64,000 nt of DNA from an uncultured Chloroflexia bacterium (lineage in GTDB: Bacteria; Chloroflexota; Anaerolineae; CG2-30-64-16). The notes below the pieces were generated by a model, which worked only from the letters and a program-made list of their open reading frames with translations, did no database searches and was not told where the DNA came from. The stretch's first letter is position 1. Every line of letters starts with the position of its first letter. This document shows positions 29,457 to 40,391 of the stretch, one piece after another. Made by a program: the position numbers and the translations under genes. The stretch is from contig CAWEMM010000006.1 of NCBI GenBank assembly GCA_963810095.1, forward strand, positions 1,419,353 through 1,483,352. Direction: 5' to 3'.

Positions 29457-31075
29457 TGGGCCTGCGTGCCGCCTTGCTGCTTCGGCGTGTCGGGGCGCAC
29501 CACCTCGCCGCGCGCGACCGGCGCCAGCATCTGATCGACCGGCGCGTACTGGTCGGTGAGCACCGTCGCCCGCCCACTCGCGAGGATGGACCGCACGGTC
29601 GAAGCCGGCAGCGCCAGGTCGGCCAGCAGCGTCTCGCCGTCGCCCGCGTCGATGTTCTTGAAGCGCTCCATGTTGATCGGGGCCCGGGAGGCCAGGATGA
29701 CGAAGGTCACCCGGGGCGAGTCCTGCCAACCCCTGATCGCCGGCACAACCTCGACATGGTCGAACGTCTGCTGCAGCGTGTTGACGTACGCGGCCAGGAA
29801 GTCGCGGCGCGGGCCGTCGATCAGGTTAACCATGTAAATGCCGTCGTCGGCCAACCACGCGCTGACCCGCTCGTTGAACTCGCGGGTCGTCAGGTGGTAT
29901 GGTACCGAGTAGTCGTTGAACGCGTCGCCCATGATGAGGGAGTATTGGCGGTCGGGGCGGCGCTCCAGGAACAAGCGGGCGTCCTCGTTGAACGACCGCA
30001 CGCGGGTGTCGCGTTTGAGCCCCAGCAGATCGTACGCCACTTGGGTTACGCCCGGGTCGATCTCGATGACGTCCAGGTCGCTGTTCGGGTAGAGCGCCTC
30101 CATGTAGCGGGGGAACGTGTAGCCGCCGCCGCCGATGAACAGGGCAGACAGCTTTTCGTGACTCAGCGACTGGTAGCGGGCTACTTCCGCGTAGACTTTC
30201 TCATAGCCATACACCAGCCGCCGGGGGTTATCCAGGTCGCTGTACGAATGAACCAGGCGGTCGAGGATCAGCACCCGCACGTTCTCGCCGCGATTCGTGT
30301 CCTGCCGCACCTTGATGCAGAAGTAGTTGGTTTCGAGCGAGCACTGCGACCTCGTCCAGCCTTGCTGCACCGCCGCATACGTCGCGCCGGCCAGGACGAC
30401 CAGCACCAGCAGCCCCGCGACGACCACCCTGCGGCCGCCGGAGCCGGCGAGCAGGAATCCCAGGGCCATCAGGAACAAGACGACGGCGACGCCCCAGATG
30501 ATGGCGTGGGTGCCGAACCAGGAAATGAGCAGGAAGCCGGTGGCGAAGGTGCCGACAATGCTCCCGACGGTGCCTGCGGCCGAAATCCGGCCGACCGTGC
30601 TGCCCGTTCGCGCGAGATCGTGGAGTGCAAGCTTCGTCACCACCGGCGAGACCGTGCCCAGGACCATGGCCGGGATGAAGAAGACGGTGGAGACGAGCAC
30701 GAGGATGCGCAAGACGATGGGCCAGGCATCGGGCAGGGATTGGCCCACGAGGTCTACGAACAGGACCGCCACGCTCGTCAGGCCGCCCAGGAAGAAGAGC
30801 AGGCTCAGAAGACGGTAGGAGGCCCAGCGGTCGGCCAGCCGGCCACCCAGGTAGTTGCCGAGACTCATGCCGGCCAGGATGACGCCGATGATGGTCGTCC
30901 AGGTGTAGAGCGAGACGCCCACGTAGGGCGCCACGATCCGGCCGGCGACCAACTCGAGCACCATCATGCACGCGCTGGAGACGAAGACGATCAGCATTGC
31001 CGCCCACAGGCGCGGCGCCGGTCGTGCGATTTCGCTTTCCATCGGTCCTCGTGGTTCGTCAGTTAATGTCGCCAT
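29453..31075 (-). CDS. fused MFS-like membrane domain / spermidine synthase-like protein
   Basis: 540 aa; N-terminal polytopic region, C-terminal spermidine-synthase-like domain; common Chloroflexi/actinobacterial architecture. Confidence 0.75.
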   Translation of the reverse strand: MATLTDEPRGPMESEIARPAPRLWAAMLIVFVSSACMMVLELVAGRIVAPYVGVSLYTWTTIIGVILAGMSLGNYLGGRLADRWASYRLLSLLFFLGGLTSVAVLFVDLVGQSLPDAWPIVLRILVLVSTVFFIPAMVLGTVSPVVTKLALHDLARTGSTVGRISAAGTVGSIVGTFATGFLLISWFGTHAIIWGVAVVLFLMALGFLLAGSGGRRVVVAGLLVLVVLAGATYAAVQQGWTRSQCSLETNYFCIKVRQDTNRGENVRVLILDRLVHSYSDLDNPRRLVYGYEKVYAEVARYQSLSHEKLSALFIGGGGYTFPRYMEALYPNSDLDVIEIDPGVTQVAYDLLGLKRDTRVRSFNEDARLFLERRPDRQYSLIMGDAFNDYSVPYHLTTREFNERVSAWLADDGIYMVNLIDGPRRDFLAAYVNTLQQTFDHVEVVPAIRGWQDSPRVTFVILASRAPINMERFKNIDAGDGETLLADLALPASTVRSILASGRATVLTDQYAPVDQMLAPVARGEVVRPDTPKQQGGTQAQ

Positions 31076-31253
31076 GGTCGCTCATGCCACGGCCCGACGG
31101 CCGGCAAGGACCTTCCACGTCGCCGCAGTCGAAGTAGTGGACGTCGTGGCCGGGGTTGCTCGCACGGGTTTCCGCAACGAGCGCGGCGATCCGGGCCAGG
31201 CCATCGGTCGGGCCATGGGTGTCGTTGGTGTGCAATATGATTACGTGTTGCAT
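31062..31253 (-). pseudogene. remnant of a 5'-nucleotidase/UshA-type metallophosphatase N-terminus (64 aa)
   Basis: ILHTNDTHG and FDCGDVEG metallophosphatase motifs; truncated, 3' end overlaps the start of the adjacent gene. Confidence 0.4.
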
Positions 31254-32105
31254 CTAGGGCTCGCTTTGTTTCGCAGGCTGACACACGGGGCAGAAGTGGG
31301 TGCTGCGCTGCGTGACCCGAATCCGCTCGATCGGGCCGCCGCACGCGGGGCAGGCTTTCCCGTACTTCCCATAGACCCGCAGGTGGTTCTGAAAGTAGCC
31401 ATCTTCGCCGTACGGCGTGCGGTAGTCGCGCAGAAGCGTGCCGCGCTTGTCGATGGCCTCGTTAAGGACCTCGCGCAGGGAGGCGTAGAGCCGGCCCAGC
31501 TCTTCATCGGTCAGGGTGGAAGACTTGCGCAGCGGGTGAATTCCTGCCCGGTGGAGGGCTTCGTCGGCGTAGATGTTGCCCACCCCGGCGACCGCGGTCT
31601 GGTCGAGCAGTAACGCCTTGATGGCGACCTTTCGCTTGCAGATGCGCGCCGCGAAGTCCTCGGGGCTGAGGTCCCAGGCGAGCGGCTCGGGCCCAAGCTT
31701 GCCGGTCACTTCGTCTACGCTGTTAACCAGCCAGATGCGGCCGAACTTGCGCGAGTCGGTGAACGTCAGCGCGTCCCCGCTCGCACTGCCCAGCGGGGCG
31801 AGCGCGAACCAGGCCCGCAAGTGCTTGTCGTCGAGCAAGGGGCTGTCGGCGGGGACCACGGCCAGCCGGCCCGTCATCCGGAGATGGACGATGAGGGTTT
31901 GCCCGTCGTCGAGGTGCACCAGGATGTACTTGCCGCGGCGGCCCACGTCGACCACCTGGCGGCCGGCCAGCCGCGCTTCGAGCTCGCTCTCCGCGGGCGC
32001 GGCCAGGGTGCGGGCCCAGAGAATATGGGCCTCGCCAAAGCGGCGGCCCGTGATCTGCCCGCGCAGGTCGCCGGCGACGGTTTCGACTTCAGGGAGTTCA
32101 GGCAT
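31254..32105 (-). CDS. mutM: formamidopyrimidine-DNA glycosylase
   Basis: MPELPEVE N-terminus, C-terminal CPACG...CPVCQ zinc finger. Confidence 0.9.
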   Translation of the reverse strand: MPELPEVETVAGDLRGQITGRRFGEAHILWARTLAAPAESELEARLAGRQVVDVGRRGKYILVHLDDGQTLIVHLRMTGRLAVVPADSPLLDDKHLRAWFALAPLGSASGDALTFTDSRKFGRIWLVNSVDEVTGKLGPEPLAWDLSPEDFAARICKRKVAIKALLLDQTAVAGVGNIYADEALHRAGIHPLRKSSTLTDEELGRLYASLREVLNEAIDKRGTLLRDYRTPYGEDGYFQNHLRVYGKYGKACPACGGPIERIRVTQRSTHFCPVCQPAKQSEP

Positions 32106-32188
32106 CTGCAGGCTTTTTCTTCATGGTTCCTGTTGCACAAAAAGGCGGGCATAGCCCGCCTTTGCATCGTAAGAGAGGACCGGGTCCT

Positions 32189-34164
32189 TCAGTTCGATCG
32201 GGCGTCCCACATGGCTTCTCGGGTCAGGGGCAGGAGCCCCACGGCCTTGCCGTCGACATCGGTCAGAGTCAGCAGCCAGCCGGTTCCGGTATCGTGTGCG
32301 GCGAGGATCTGGCTCTCGGACACCCACCGCGGGCCAACGATGCTCGTTGCGTTTGCAAGCCGCGCCGGCTCGCGGCCAGGCGCACCGGCGAATATCTGGA
32401 AATTATCCTGGTAAATGAACTCGTTTCCCTGAGGCGACCAGCTGATGAATTCGCCCTGGTTTGTCGACGCGTAGAGCTCAGATTGGGTGCCATCAGCCTT
32501 CGCCAGGTACAACTCCTTTGTCGCCAGCGTATCGTCAGTCCACCGAGTGTATGCCATCGCGTTGCCAACCGGCGACCAATAGACCTCCGACGCATCGACC
32601 TGGCCGGCTTCCTTGGCGTCGCCGTTGGCCGTCACCCGGTACAGCTTCGTCCCGTTTGGCGGCACAGGCGTCCCGTAGTCTGCTGTCGGGATAGCGACCC
32701 AAGCTTGCTTGCCGTCGGGCGCCCAGACAACCTGGTTGTCGTAGCCGTTCTTCCCCGGGCTGGCCGGGAAGGTCAGCACCGTCTTGCTCTTCCCGTCTTT
32801 TGCGTCCACAAGGTTCAGGGTGCCTTCGGGGTTTTCCACGGTGCCGTACTGCAGGACCAGGTACTGCTTACCGTCCGGCGAAAAATAGGGCCGCCACGCC
32901 GCGCCCAACTCGCCGACACGCCGCAGCTTGCCCGTCTCAACATCGACTTGCCAAACCTCGGTCTTGACCTGCAGCGAGGTCTGGGGGTCGGGGACCACCG
33001 CCATCGTGACGGTGAGCGTGTTCGGTTCCGCGCCCCAGCGCGTGTCGCTGATTGCCCGCCGCACGTAGCCCGTGGGTAGTCCCTCGGTTGGCAGCTTGTT
33101 GTCGTCGAGCAGCAGCTTGGGCTGGCCGCCTTCCCAGCGGACCGCCCATACTTGCAGGCCCTGCTCGGCGTAGATCCGATAGACGACCCAACGCTGGTTC
33201 GGCGAGAGCTGGGGCGTGTTGATGCCGCGGCCCTGCACGAGCTGGCGCAGCCCGCCGTCCCGGTCGATGGCCCACAAGGCGTTCAGGTCCGAATACGCCA
33301 TGCGCACGCCCGGGGGCAGCGCTTCGGCCAGCGGCCGGCCGGGCGGGGTTGCCTCGGGCGTCAGGAACTCGGGCGGAATGCCGACCGGCGACGACGGCCC
33401 GCCGCCGCCGCGACCCATCGCGGCCGCACCCATTTCCGGAGCAGCTGCGGCAGCGGCCGCACCTGCCGCCCCGATGCCGGGCGTCTCGGTCGCAGGCGCG
33501 GCCTTGGCCATCAGCGGCGCTTCGACGGTGGGTGAAGGCTCAGGTTGGGCCGGAGTCGCAGCGGGCGCGGGCGCCGGTGCAACGTCCGCCGCTGCATCGG
33601 TGGGCGGGGCAGACATCAGGGCGGGCTGGGGCGCCTCGGTTGCAGCCGGCGGCGCGTTTTCCGCGCTCGACTGGGCTGCGGACGCGGCGGCTGCGGCGGG
33701 AGGCGCTTCAGTGGGGGCGGCGGCAGAAACCGGCTGCGTCTCCGCGAGTTGTGCGACGGGCGCTGGGCTTGGGACCGCGCGGGCGACAGTCTGCGGCGGG
33801 TTCCACGGCGCCTTGTCCGGCTCGCAGCAGGCTGAAGGCGACGAACGCAACCACCAGGACGGCCGCGACCGCGCCGAGGCCGCGCGCGAGCCCGCCCATC
33901 CAGCCGGGCGAGGCGGCGGGCCGGCGAATGCCGACCTGTGCCTCTGAGAGTGTGAATGCGCGAGGCACCGCGACGCGAGGCAGGGTTTGCAGCAGGTACA
34001 CGGTGCGGCGCAGGCTGTCCAGCTCTGCCGCGGCACTCCATGCACTGCTGCAGGTGCGCGTCGATGTACGCTCGCTCGGCCGGCGCAGCCTGTTGATCCA
34101 GGTACGCGGAAAGCTGCTCGACCTGGACGTGGCCCCGGACCGGGCCTCCGAAAAGTGATTTCAT
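32189..34164 (-). CDS. anti-sigma factor: zf-HC2 domain, TM helix, Pro/Ala-rich linker and WD40-like/TolB-type beta-propeller; two apparent frameshifts (about 34010 and 33805)
   Basis: HLQQCMEC zinc-finger in ORF 33616..34248, TM in ORF 33708..34001, propeller-like C-terminal 400 aa in ORF 32189..34045; directly downstream of ECF sigma gene. Confidence 0.55.
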
Positions 34165-34320
34165 GGAAAACTCACGACCAAAAAGAATACAAACTGTAGC
34201 ATGCGCCAGGTTGGCGACGAGTGGGGAGCGGGTAGAGCAGTTGCCCACCGCCTTGGGCCGCTCCGCCTGGCCTCCGGCCTCGCCGGCGCCTCACCAGCCG
34301 TGCTGGTGCCCGCTCTTATG

Positions 34321-34999
34321 CTAACTGTCAGTGAGACGGTAGCTTGCGGGCAAAAGTTCCTGGTGCTCCAGGAGCAGGTCGCGCACCTTGGCGCGCGCGC
34401 GAGAGCCGCGATTTGACGGTGCCCAGCGCCGCACCGGTCGCATCGGCGATCTCCTGGTAGTCCAGGCCCTCGACATCAGACAGCACGAGTGCGGTGCGCT
34501 GGTCGGGGGGCAGCTGGCTGATCGCCGCCTGGATGGCGACGGCCAGCTCCTGGCGCATCGCATGATCCTCGGGGCGCTCGCCGCCGTCGATCAGCCGGGA
34601 GTCGTACTCGGGATCGTCCTCGTCCTCTTCGCTTTCGAGCGGAGTGGTGGGCCGGCGCTTGCGTGCGCGCAGCGCGTCGTAGCAGGTGTTGGTAACGATC
34701 CGTAGCACCCACGACTTGAACGAGCCCCCGCGGTACTGGCCGAGCCGTTGATAGGCTTTAATGAAGGCGTCCTGCGTGGCGTCTGCCGCAAGGTCGGCAT
34801 CGTTTGTGAGCCGGTACGCGATGTTGTAGGCCAGGCTCTGATAATGGAGGATCAGTTGGTTAAATGCCGGAAGGTCGCCGCGCTGGGCCGCGGCCAGCAG
34901 TGCGGCTTCGTCGTATTCCTGCCGTCCGGGTCCGCGGCCGCGCGGACCGCCCGGCCACGCGTCGTGGTAGCCCTCGTCGCGCACCGATGTGGTCAGCAC
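34321..34999 (-). CDS. ECF-type RNA polymerase sigma-70 factor; apparent indel near 34390 in a GCGCGCGCGCG run affecting the last ~20 codons
   Basis: Region 2 and region 4 motifs (ILHYQSLAYNIAYRL, DYQEIADATGAALGTVKSRLSRAR); alternative C-terminus LSRARAKVRDLL in ORF 34321..34563. Confidence 0.7.
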
Positions 35000-35232
35000 G
35001 ACGAAAGATGCCCTGGCGGGCCAGGCTAACGCCTGCCACAGCCAGGCTGGCGCTCCTATGATATTCCGGGCCAGATCCGTTCGCGCCACGCTCGGGAATC
35101 CGGCCTAAAAAGCTCAGACATTCACCCCACCAGTTACCACAACATGCTGCAATGGGTGCTGCAGACTGCCGGCACTCGCCCGCAATTCACATCACCGGGA
35201 AAGCCGTGATCAGTTACAAGACGAACAAACTT

Positions 35233-35262
35233 GACCTAAGCACTGCGTTAGATTATACTCTG
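35233..35262 (+). promoter_or_regulatory. sigma-70-like promoter (TTGACC-17-TATACT) for tRNA-Leu
   Basis: Consensus-like -35/-10 with 17-bp spacer ~35 bp upstream of the tRNA. Confidence 0.45.
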
Positions 35263-35298
35263 GACTTGCATTGCCGGATGCAACGGCTAGCTATGCTT

Positions 35299-35381
35299 GC
35301 CGAAGTGGCGGAACGGTAGACGCGACGGTCTCAAACACCGTTGGGGGTTGCCCCATGTGGGTTCGATTCCCACCTTCGGCA
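35299..35381 (+). tRNA. tRNA-Leu (anticodon CAA)
   Basis: Cloverleaf: acceptor GCCGAAG/CTTCGGC, anticodon stem ACGGT/ACCGT with loop CUCAAAC, long variable arm, T-arm GGTTCGATTCC. Confidence 0.85.
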
Positions 35382-35677
35382 CTTCTGATCCCGTCCGGGT
35401 GCTTTTACACCCGCGACGCCCTCGCTTTCTTCTTTTGTCCTGTTTGTTGCGAGGGACCTTGCCCTTCGTGTGAGCCGCAGTTGCCAGCGCAATTGCTCAT
35501 TGCACGTGCGGCGCCATTATAGCAGTCTTGCGGGTTCGGAAGCAAAGGCTGCGTCCCAAAATCTCAAACGGGGATCTGTCCCAGATGCATGACGCTTCGG
35601 GCAGAGCGTCTGAACCGTCCTGCATAGACCACAGGACGCAAAGGGCGCAAAGCCCTGATTCCCTGCGCGAAAGCCAC

Positions 35678-37009
35678 ATGACAACACACCACCGTCACAT
35701 CCGCGGCCCCCAAGGCCAGCGGCCGGTTCCATTCCGCTTGGTTACGTTCCTCGTGCTGATTGTGCTTGCTCTGCTGGCCGCTGCTTGCGGCGGGCGTGGC
35801 GCCTCCGGCACTTCGGAGAGCCGCGACGTGTCACTGCGCCAGATCGCGGCCCAGTACGCGCAGACGGGCGATCTTCAGCAGGCGCAAACGGCGCTCGACA
35901 AGCTCAATCTGGCCAATCCGGGCCAACTGCTGTTGGCCCTCGGCGAGTCGGACATGAGTGCTGGCGCCCCACGGGATGACGTGCAGGCCGTCGCGAACCT
36001 GGCCGGCGCCCTCGGCGCACGCAGCCAGAAGCTGGTGGCCTACTTGGCGCCGCCGGCGAGCGCCGCGCCGACGAAAGATGCAGGCGCGCCACTGGCAGTG
36101 GAAACCGTCTTGGCGGTCACCCTCGAGGCGCCGACCGTCGCTCCGTCGCCCACTGCTCCACCGCCGACGGCCGCCCCTACGGCGACCGCCGAACCTGCGA
36201 CCGCGACCTCGGCCCCGCCGACGAATAGTCCGACGCCCGAGCCACAGAACCCGCGGGTGGTGGCGAGCAGCGACGTGAACCTGCGCGGCGGCCCCGGCAA
36301 GGCGTATCCCGTCGTGGCACGGCTGCGCAACGGCCAGGAAGTCGCCATCGTCGGCCGCAATGCCTCAGGCGACTGGTGGCAGCTCGAGATGCCCGGCGTC
36401 AAGCAGGCTTGGGTAGCGGGCACCGTGGTCAAGGTGCTTGGGGCCATCGACACGGTCAAAGTGGCCCAGAACATCCCGCCCGTGCCCACCGCTGCACCCC
36501 GACCCACGGCTGCGCCGCAGCCACCGGCCGCCGCAGCACCTGCGCCTGCGCCTGCCCCTTCCGGACCGCATTTCACGCTCGTTGGGCGCCGCCTGTGGAC
36601 GGTCGAGGAAACCGGCGGCGTGGTGGCCGGGGGCCTGTCGGTTAACTGCGGCGGCCAGCACACGCTGCACGTCTATGTCAAAGACGCCGCCGGCAACCTG
36701 CTGAACGGCGTGACCATTAAGGAGACGGGCGGGGTGCAACAGGAGTTAGTGTCGGGCAGCAAGGGGCCTGGCATGGCCGAGTACGATCTGTACCCTCCGG
36801 GCAAGGACGTGGCCATCGCACGGGACGCGGATGGTCGCCAGGCAACGAGCGATACGGGCGCTGCGCCGAGTGTTGTCACTGCCATCCCATTTGATATTCT
36901 ACGCAGTGGGCACTATTGTACGTCTGATGACGACTGCGCTCATCTGGTACGGGAGAACGGCTGCACCGGTCATTACTCGTGGGACCTGGTTTTCCAGCGC
37001 AACTATTAG
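35678..37009 (+). CDS. secreted/membrane-anchored protein with SH3b domain and conserved C-terminal domain of unknown function
   Basis: Signal/TM segment, PT-rich linkers, SH3b-like VNLRGGPGKAYPVVARLRNGQEVAIVGR...WWQL; C-terminal domain GSKGPGMAEY...SWDLVFQRNY shared with next gene. Confidence 0.6.
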   Translation: MTTHHRHIRGPQGQRPVPFRLVTFLVLIVLALLAAACGGRGASGTSESRDVSLRQIAAQYAQTGDLQQAQTALDKLNLANPGQLLLALGESDMSAGAPRDDVQAVANLAGALGARSQKLVAYLAPPASAAPTKDAGAPLAVETVLAVTLEAPTVAPSPTAPPPTAAPTATAEPATATSAPPTNSPTPEPQNPRVVASSDVNLRGGPGKAYPVVARLRNGQEVAIVGRNASGDWWQLEMPGVKQAWVAGTVVKVLGAIDTVKVAQNIPPVPTAAPRPTAAPQPPAAAAPAPAPAPSGPHFTLVGRRLWTVEETGGVVAGGLSVNCGGQHTLHVYVKDAAGNLLNGVTIKETGGVQQELVSGSKGPGMAEYDLYPPGKDVAIARDADGRQATSDTGAAPSVVTAIPFDILRSGHYCTSDDDCAHLVRENGCTGHYSWDLVFQRNY

Positions 37010-37068
37010 CGCACCTACTGATGCCGAGCTGCGCTGACGTGTGTCTCGGCAGACAGGGAGATTAGCCT

Positions 37069-38812
37069 GTGAAAGAATCCATGATGGAAAACACCCCGCT
37101 CTTCTCGGTGCTCACCGAGGAGCAGCGGTCAGTCATCGCAGACCGCATGACGGAGGAAAAGCGCCGGGCGGGCGAGATCATCTACCAGCAAGGCCGGCCC
37201 GCGGGGGCGCTGTTCCTGATTCGCTCGGGCTGGGCGCGGCTCCTGAGCGACCAGATGGGCGTGCTCAGCAACGTGGGCGCCGGTTCGCTGCTGGGCGAGA
37301 CCGACCTGATCCTGGGCCGGGCCTACAGCGTATCGGCCGAGGCCGCCTCTGACGTGTCGCTCTGGGCGCTGCGCGAGGCTGATCTCAAGGTGATTTTCCA
37401 GGAGCAGCCGGCCATCGCGCGTGCGCTGAAGGTGGCGATGGGCGTCAGCGAGGACCAGACGCTGGAGCGGCACCTGCGGAAGCTCGAGATCATGCAGGGG
37501 CTGAGCGCGGCCGACCTGCACGATATCGCGGCGCATCTGCGACCCGAGCGCTTTGTCGCGGGCCAGACGATCTACCGCCAGGGCACGGATGGCGAGTCGA
37601 TGTACCTGATCGACGAGGGCCAGGTGCAGCTGACGGGCACGTCGGGCCTCGTCGCCAGCGTGGGGCCGGGCGACGAGTTCGGCGACGGCGCGTTTCTGAC
37701 GGGCGAGCCCCGCAGCGTGACCGCAATCGCACTGACCGATGTCATCGCCTGGTCGTTCGGCCGGGCCGACTTCGAGCAACTGGCGCTGCGCTACCCGATC
37801 ATGGCGCTCAATCTCAGCCGGGGCGTCTCACGGCGCCTGCGCGAACGCAACCTGCGGGGCGCGGCAGTGGTTTCCGCGGCAGTGCCGCCACCGCCTTCGC
37901 CTGCAGTCACGACCGCGGAGACGGCCGGGGCCCTCACCGCGCTCTATAAGGCATCGACGACCCCCAAAGCCTCCTGGTGGAGCCAGAGCAGCTACGGGCG
38001 CGAAGATCCGCCTGGTGGCCGTGGTGGTCCTCCTGCTCTGGGTGCTGGGCGCCGCTGCGGTTGCGGTCATCAACTCGCTTGTGTCGCAGAACACGGGCGT
38101 CAGCCGGACGGCCCCCATGGCCGCCGGCTTCCAGGAGCGGGCGGTCCTCGTCGCCCTCGCCGCCGACCTGCCGGTCGACATGACGGCCACCTATACACCG
38201 TGGCCCACCGAGACGCCGCTGCCCACGCCGACCTTCACGCCGACGGCAACGCCGACCAACACGCCCATCCCGACGGCCACGTTTACCCCAATGCCGACCG
38301 ACACCCCGGTGCCGCCGACCAAGACGCCTGTGCCGACGCGCGTGCCGGTCAAGGCGGTTGCCCGTGCCGCGGCTGCGCCGGTGGCCGCCGCTGCGCCGGC
38401 CGTCCAAGCGGCAAAGGCCGTTGCCGCACCGAGCGTGCAGTTCAGCCTGGCCGAGATGCGCCACCTCACGCCTTGTGAGAACCACGGCATGCACAATATC
38501 TTCGTCAAGATTGTGGATGCCGGCGGCAACCCCGTCGACGGCGTAACCCTGGCGCAGACCCCCAAGGGGGAATACGGGAATGCCGTGGATCGGCAGGTGA
38601 CCGGTTCCAAGGGCCCGGGCATGGCCGAGTTCGTGATGTGGAAGGGTGCGGAGTATTCCGTGTACATCACCGGGGATGGCGCAAATCCGGGCAACACCGA
38701 TATCGCATCGGGCCTGCATCCCAACTTCCCGGACGAGCCATCGGCCGAGTGTCCCATGGGCAACACGCTATTCCACAATTCCTGGAGCGTGGTGTTCCGC
38801 AAGAACTTCTAG
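37069..38812 (+). CDS. tandem cyclic-nucleotide-binding (cNMP) domains / TM helix / PT linker / conserved C-terminal extracellular domain; apparent frameshift near 37980
   Basis: Two cNMP-binding domains in ORF 37069..38478 frame; TM plus PTPTFTPTATPT linker plus domain GSKGPGMAEF...SWSVVFRKNF in ORF 37739..38812 frame. Confidence 0.6.
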
Positions 38813-38849
38813 GCCGCAAGTTGCCGTCGGGCAACGCCAACCTCCGAGG

Positions 38850-38895
38850 TCGCCTCAGCGTCGCTGAGGGTCAGGACCCCGGAGGTTTTTTGTTG
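38850..38895 (+). terminator. rho-independent terminator
   Basis: CCTCAGCG-TC-GCTGAGG hairpin, second GC stem, then TTTTTTG. Confidence 0.5.
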
Positions 38896-39037
38896 CGATT
38901 GACACAATCGATCTGCGGGGAGTAAACTGGCTTTGCCCTCGCGAATCGGAAGTGGGCATGCGGTTAGATGACGCACCGCGCATTTACAATAACGGCGATA
39001 CTGTGCCCCGATCGAGCAAAGGACGGAGGTTGTACCC

Positions 39038-40180
39038 ATGCTGAGCTACAAGCTGACCGACGAACAGGAAATGATCCGGGACATGGCCCGGAGTTTTGCA
39101 AAGAAGGAAATTCTCCCCGTCGCCGAGCACTACGACACGAGTGAAGAGTACCCCTGGCCGATCATCAAGAAGGCCAATCCGCTCGGCTTGATCAGCTCCA
39201 ACATTCCCGAAGCCTACGGTGGGCCGGGCTTTGGCGTCCTCGAAGAGTGCATCATCAACGAGGAACTGGCGTGGGGTTGCTCGGGCATCCAGACCGCGCT
39301 CATGCTGAACAACCTGGCCGCCTGGCCCATCATTTTGGCCGGGAACGAGGCGCAGAAGCAGAAGTACCTCACCCGGCTGACGGCAGGCGGCGAGCTGGCA
39401 TCGTACGGGCTGACCGAGCCGGCGGCCGGGTCAGACGTGGCAGGCATTCTGACGACCGCGGTCAAGAAGGGCGACGAGTATTATCTGAACGGCACCAAGA
39501 CGTGGATCACGAACGCACCCGTCGCGAGTTTCTTCATCATTTTTGCCAAGACCGACCCCGCGGGCCGGCACCGCGGCATGACCGCCTTCATCGTCGAGCG
39601 CAACTGGCCGGGGGTCAGCGTCGGCAAGCCCATCCGCAAGCTGGGGCAGCACGCGGCCTGGACGGGCGAAATCGTGATGGAGGACGTGTGCGTACCGGCC
39701 GAGAACCGGCTGGGCAACGACGGCGACGGGTTCATGATCGCGATGAAGGTCTTCGATCGCTCGCGGCCGCCCGTGGCAGCCGCCGCGGTGGGGGTGGCGA
39801 GGCGGGCGCTGGACGAGGCAACGAAGTATGCCATGGAGCGCAAGGCATTCGGCAAGCCGATTGCTGTGAACCAGGCGATCAGTTTCATGCTGGCCGACAT
39901 GGCGATGAACATCGAGGCGTCGGAGCACCTGACCCGGCACGCCGCGTGGCTGATCGACCAGGGCAAGTCGAACGTGAAGGAAGCGGCCATGGCCAAGGCC
40001 TTTGCGGCCGACACGGTAATGAAGGCGACGACGGACGCGGTACAGGTCTTCGGCGGCTACGGCTACAGCGCTGAATACCCTGTCGAGAAGCTGATGCGCG
40101 ACGCCAAGATTTACCAGATTTACGAGGGCACGAGCCAGATCCAGCGGGTAATCATCGCACGCGAGCTGACAAAGGGCTGA
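39038..40180 (+). CDS. acyl-CoA dehydrogenase
   Basis: 380 aa; typical ACAD N-terminus [20 protein letters not shown] and C-terminal catalytic region YEGTSQIQR. Confidence 0.9.
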   Translation: MLSYKLTDEQEMIRDMARSFAKKEILPVAEHYDTSEEYPWPIIKKANPLGLISSNIPEAYGGPGFGVLEECIINEELAWGCSGIQTALMLNNLAAWPIILAGNEAQKQKYLTRLTAGGELASYGLTEPAAGSDVAGILTTAVKKGDEYYLNGTKTWITNAPVASFFIIFAKTDPAGRHRGMTAFIVERNWPGVSVGKPIRKLGQHAAWTGEIVMEDVCVPAENRLGNDGDGFMIAMKVFDRSRPPVAAAAVGVARRALDEATKYAMERKAFGKPIAVNQAISFMLADMAMNIEASEHLTRHAAWLIDQGKSNVKEAAMAKAFAADTVMKATTDAVQVFGGYGYSAEYPVEKLMRDAKIYQIYEGTSQIQRVIIARELTKG

Positions 40181-40339
40181 GACGAATTAGGACACTGATT
40201 GAACTGTTGAGACGGATGCACCTGATCTCTTTCGCAAAGACAGGGCAGATCAGTTCAATATGCGTCCCATTCCAGGTCAAAACGCTGACCGCGCCGATGG
40301 TCATGACGGTCGCGGGGCCGGGCGCGTACCAAACCCAGA

Positions 40340-40371
40340 CCTCGGAGGTTTTCAAAACCTCCGAGGTCTTT
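40340..40371. promoter_or_regulatory. perfect 15-bp inverted repeat GACCTCGGAGGTTTT / AAAACCTCCGAGGTC (bidirectional terminator or operator)
   Basis: Directly visible palindrome between acyl-CoA dehydrogenase and amidase genes; ACCTCCGAGGT core also in terminator at 38838. Confidence 0.4.
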
Positions 40372-40391
40372 GATCGTTTCACGGAGGAAGC

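Noticed and set aside
38900-39037. Possible sigma-70 promoter (TTGACA...GTAAAC) upstream of acyl-CoA dehydrogenase
   Set aside because: The -10 element is poor and alternative spacing is equally weak; not supportable from sequence alone
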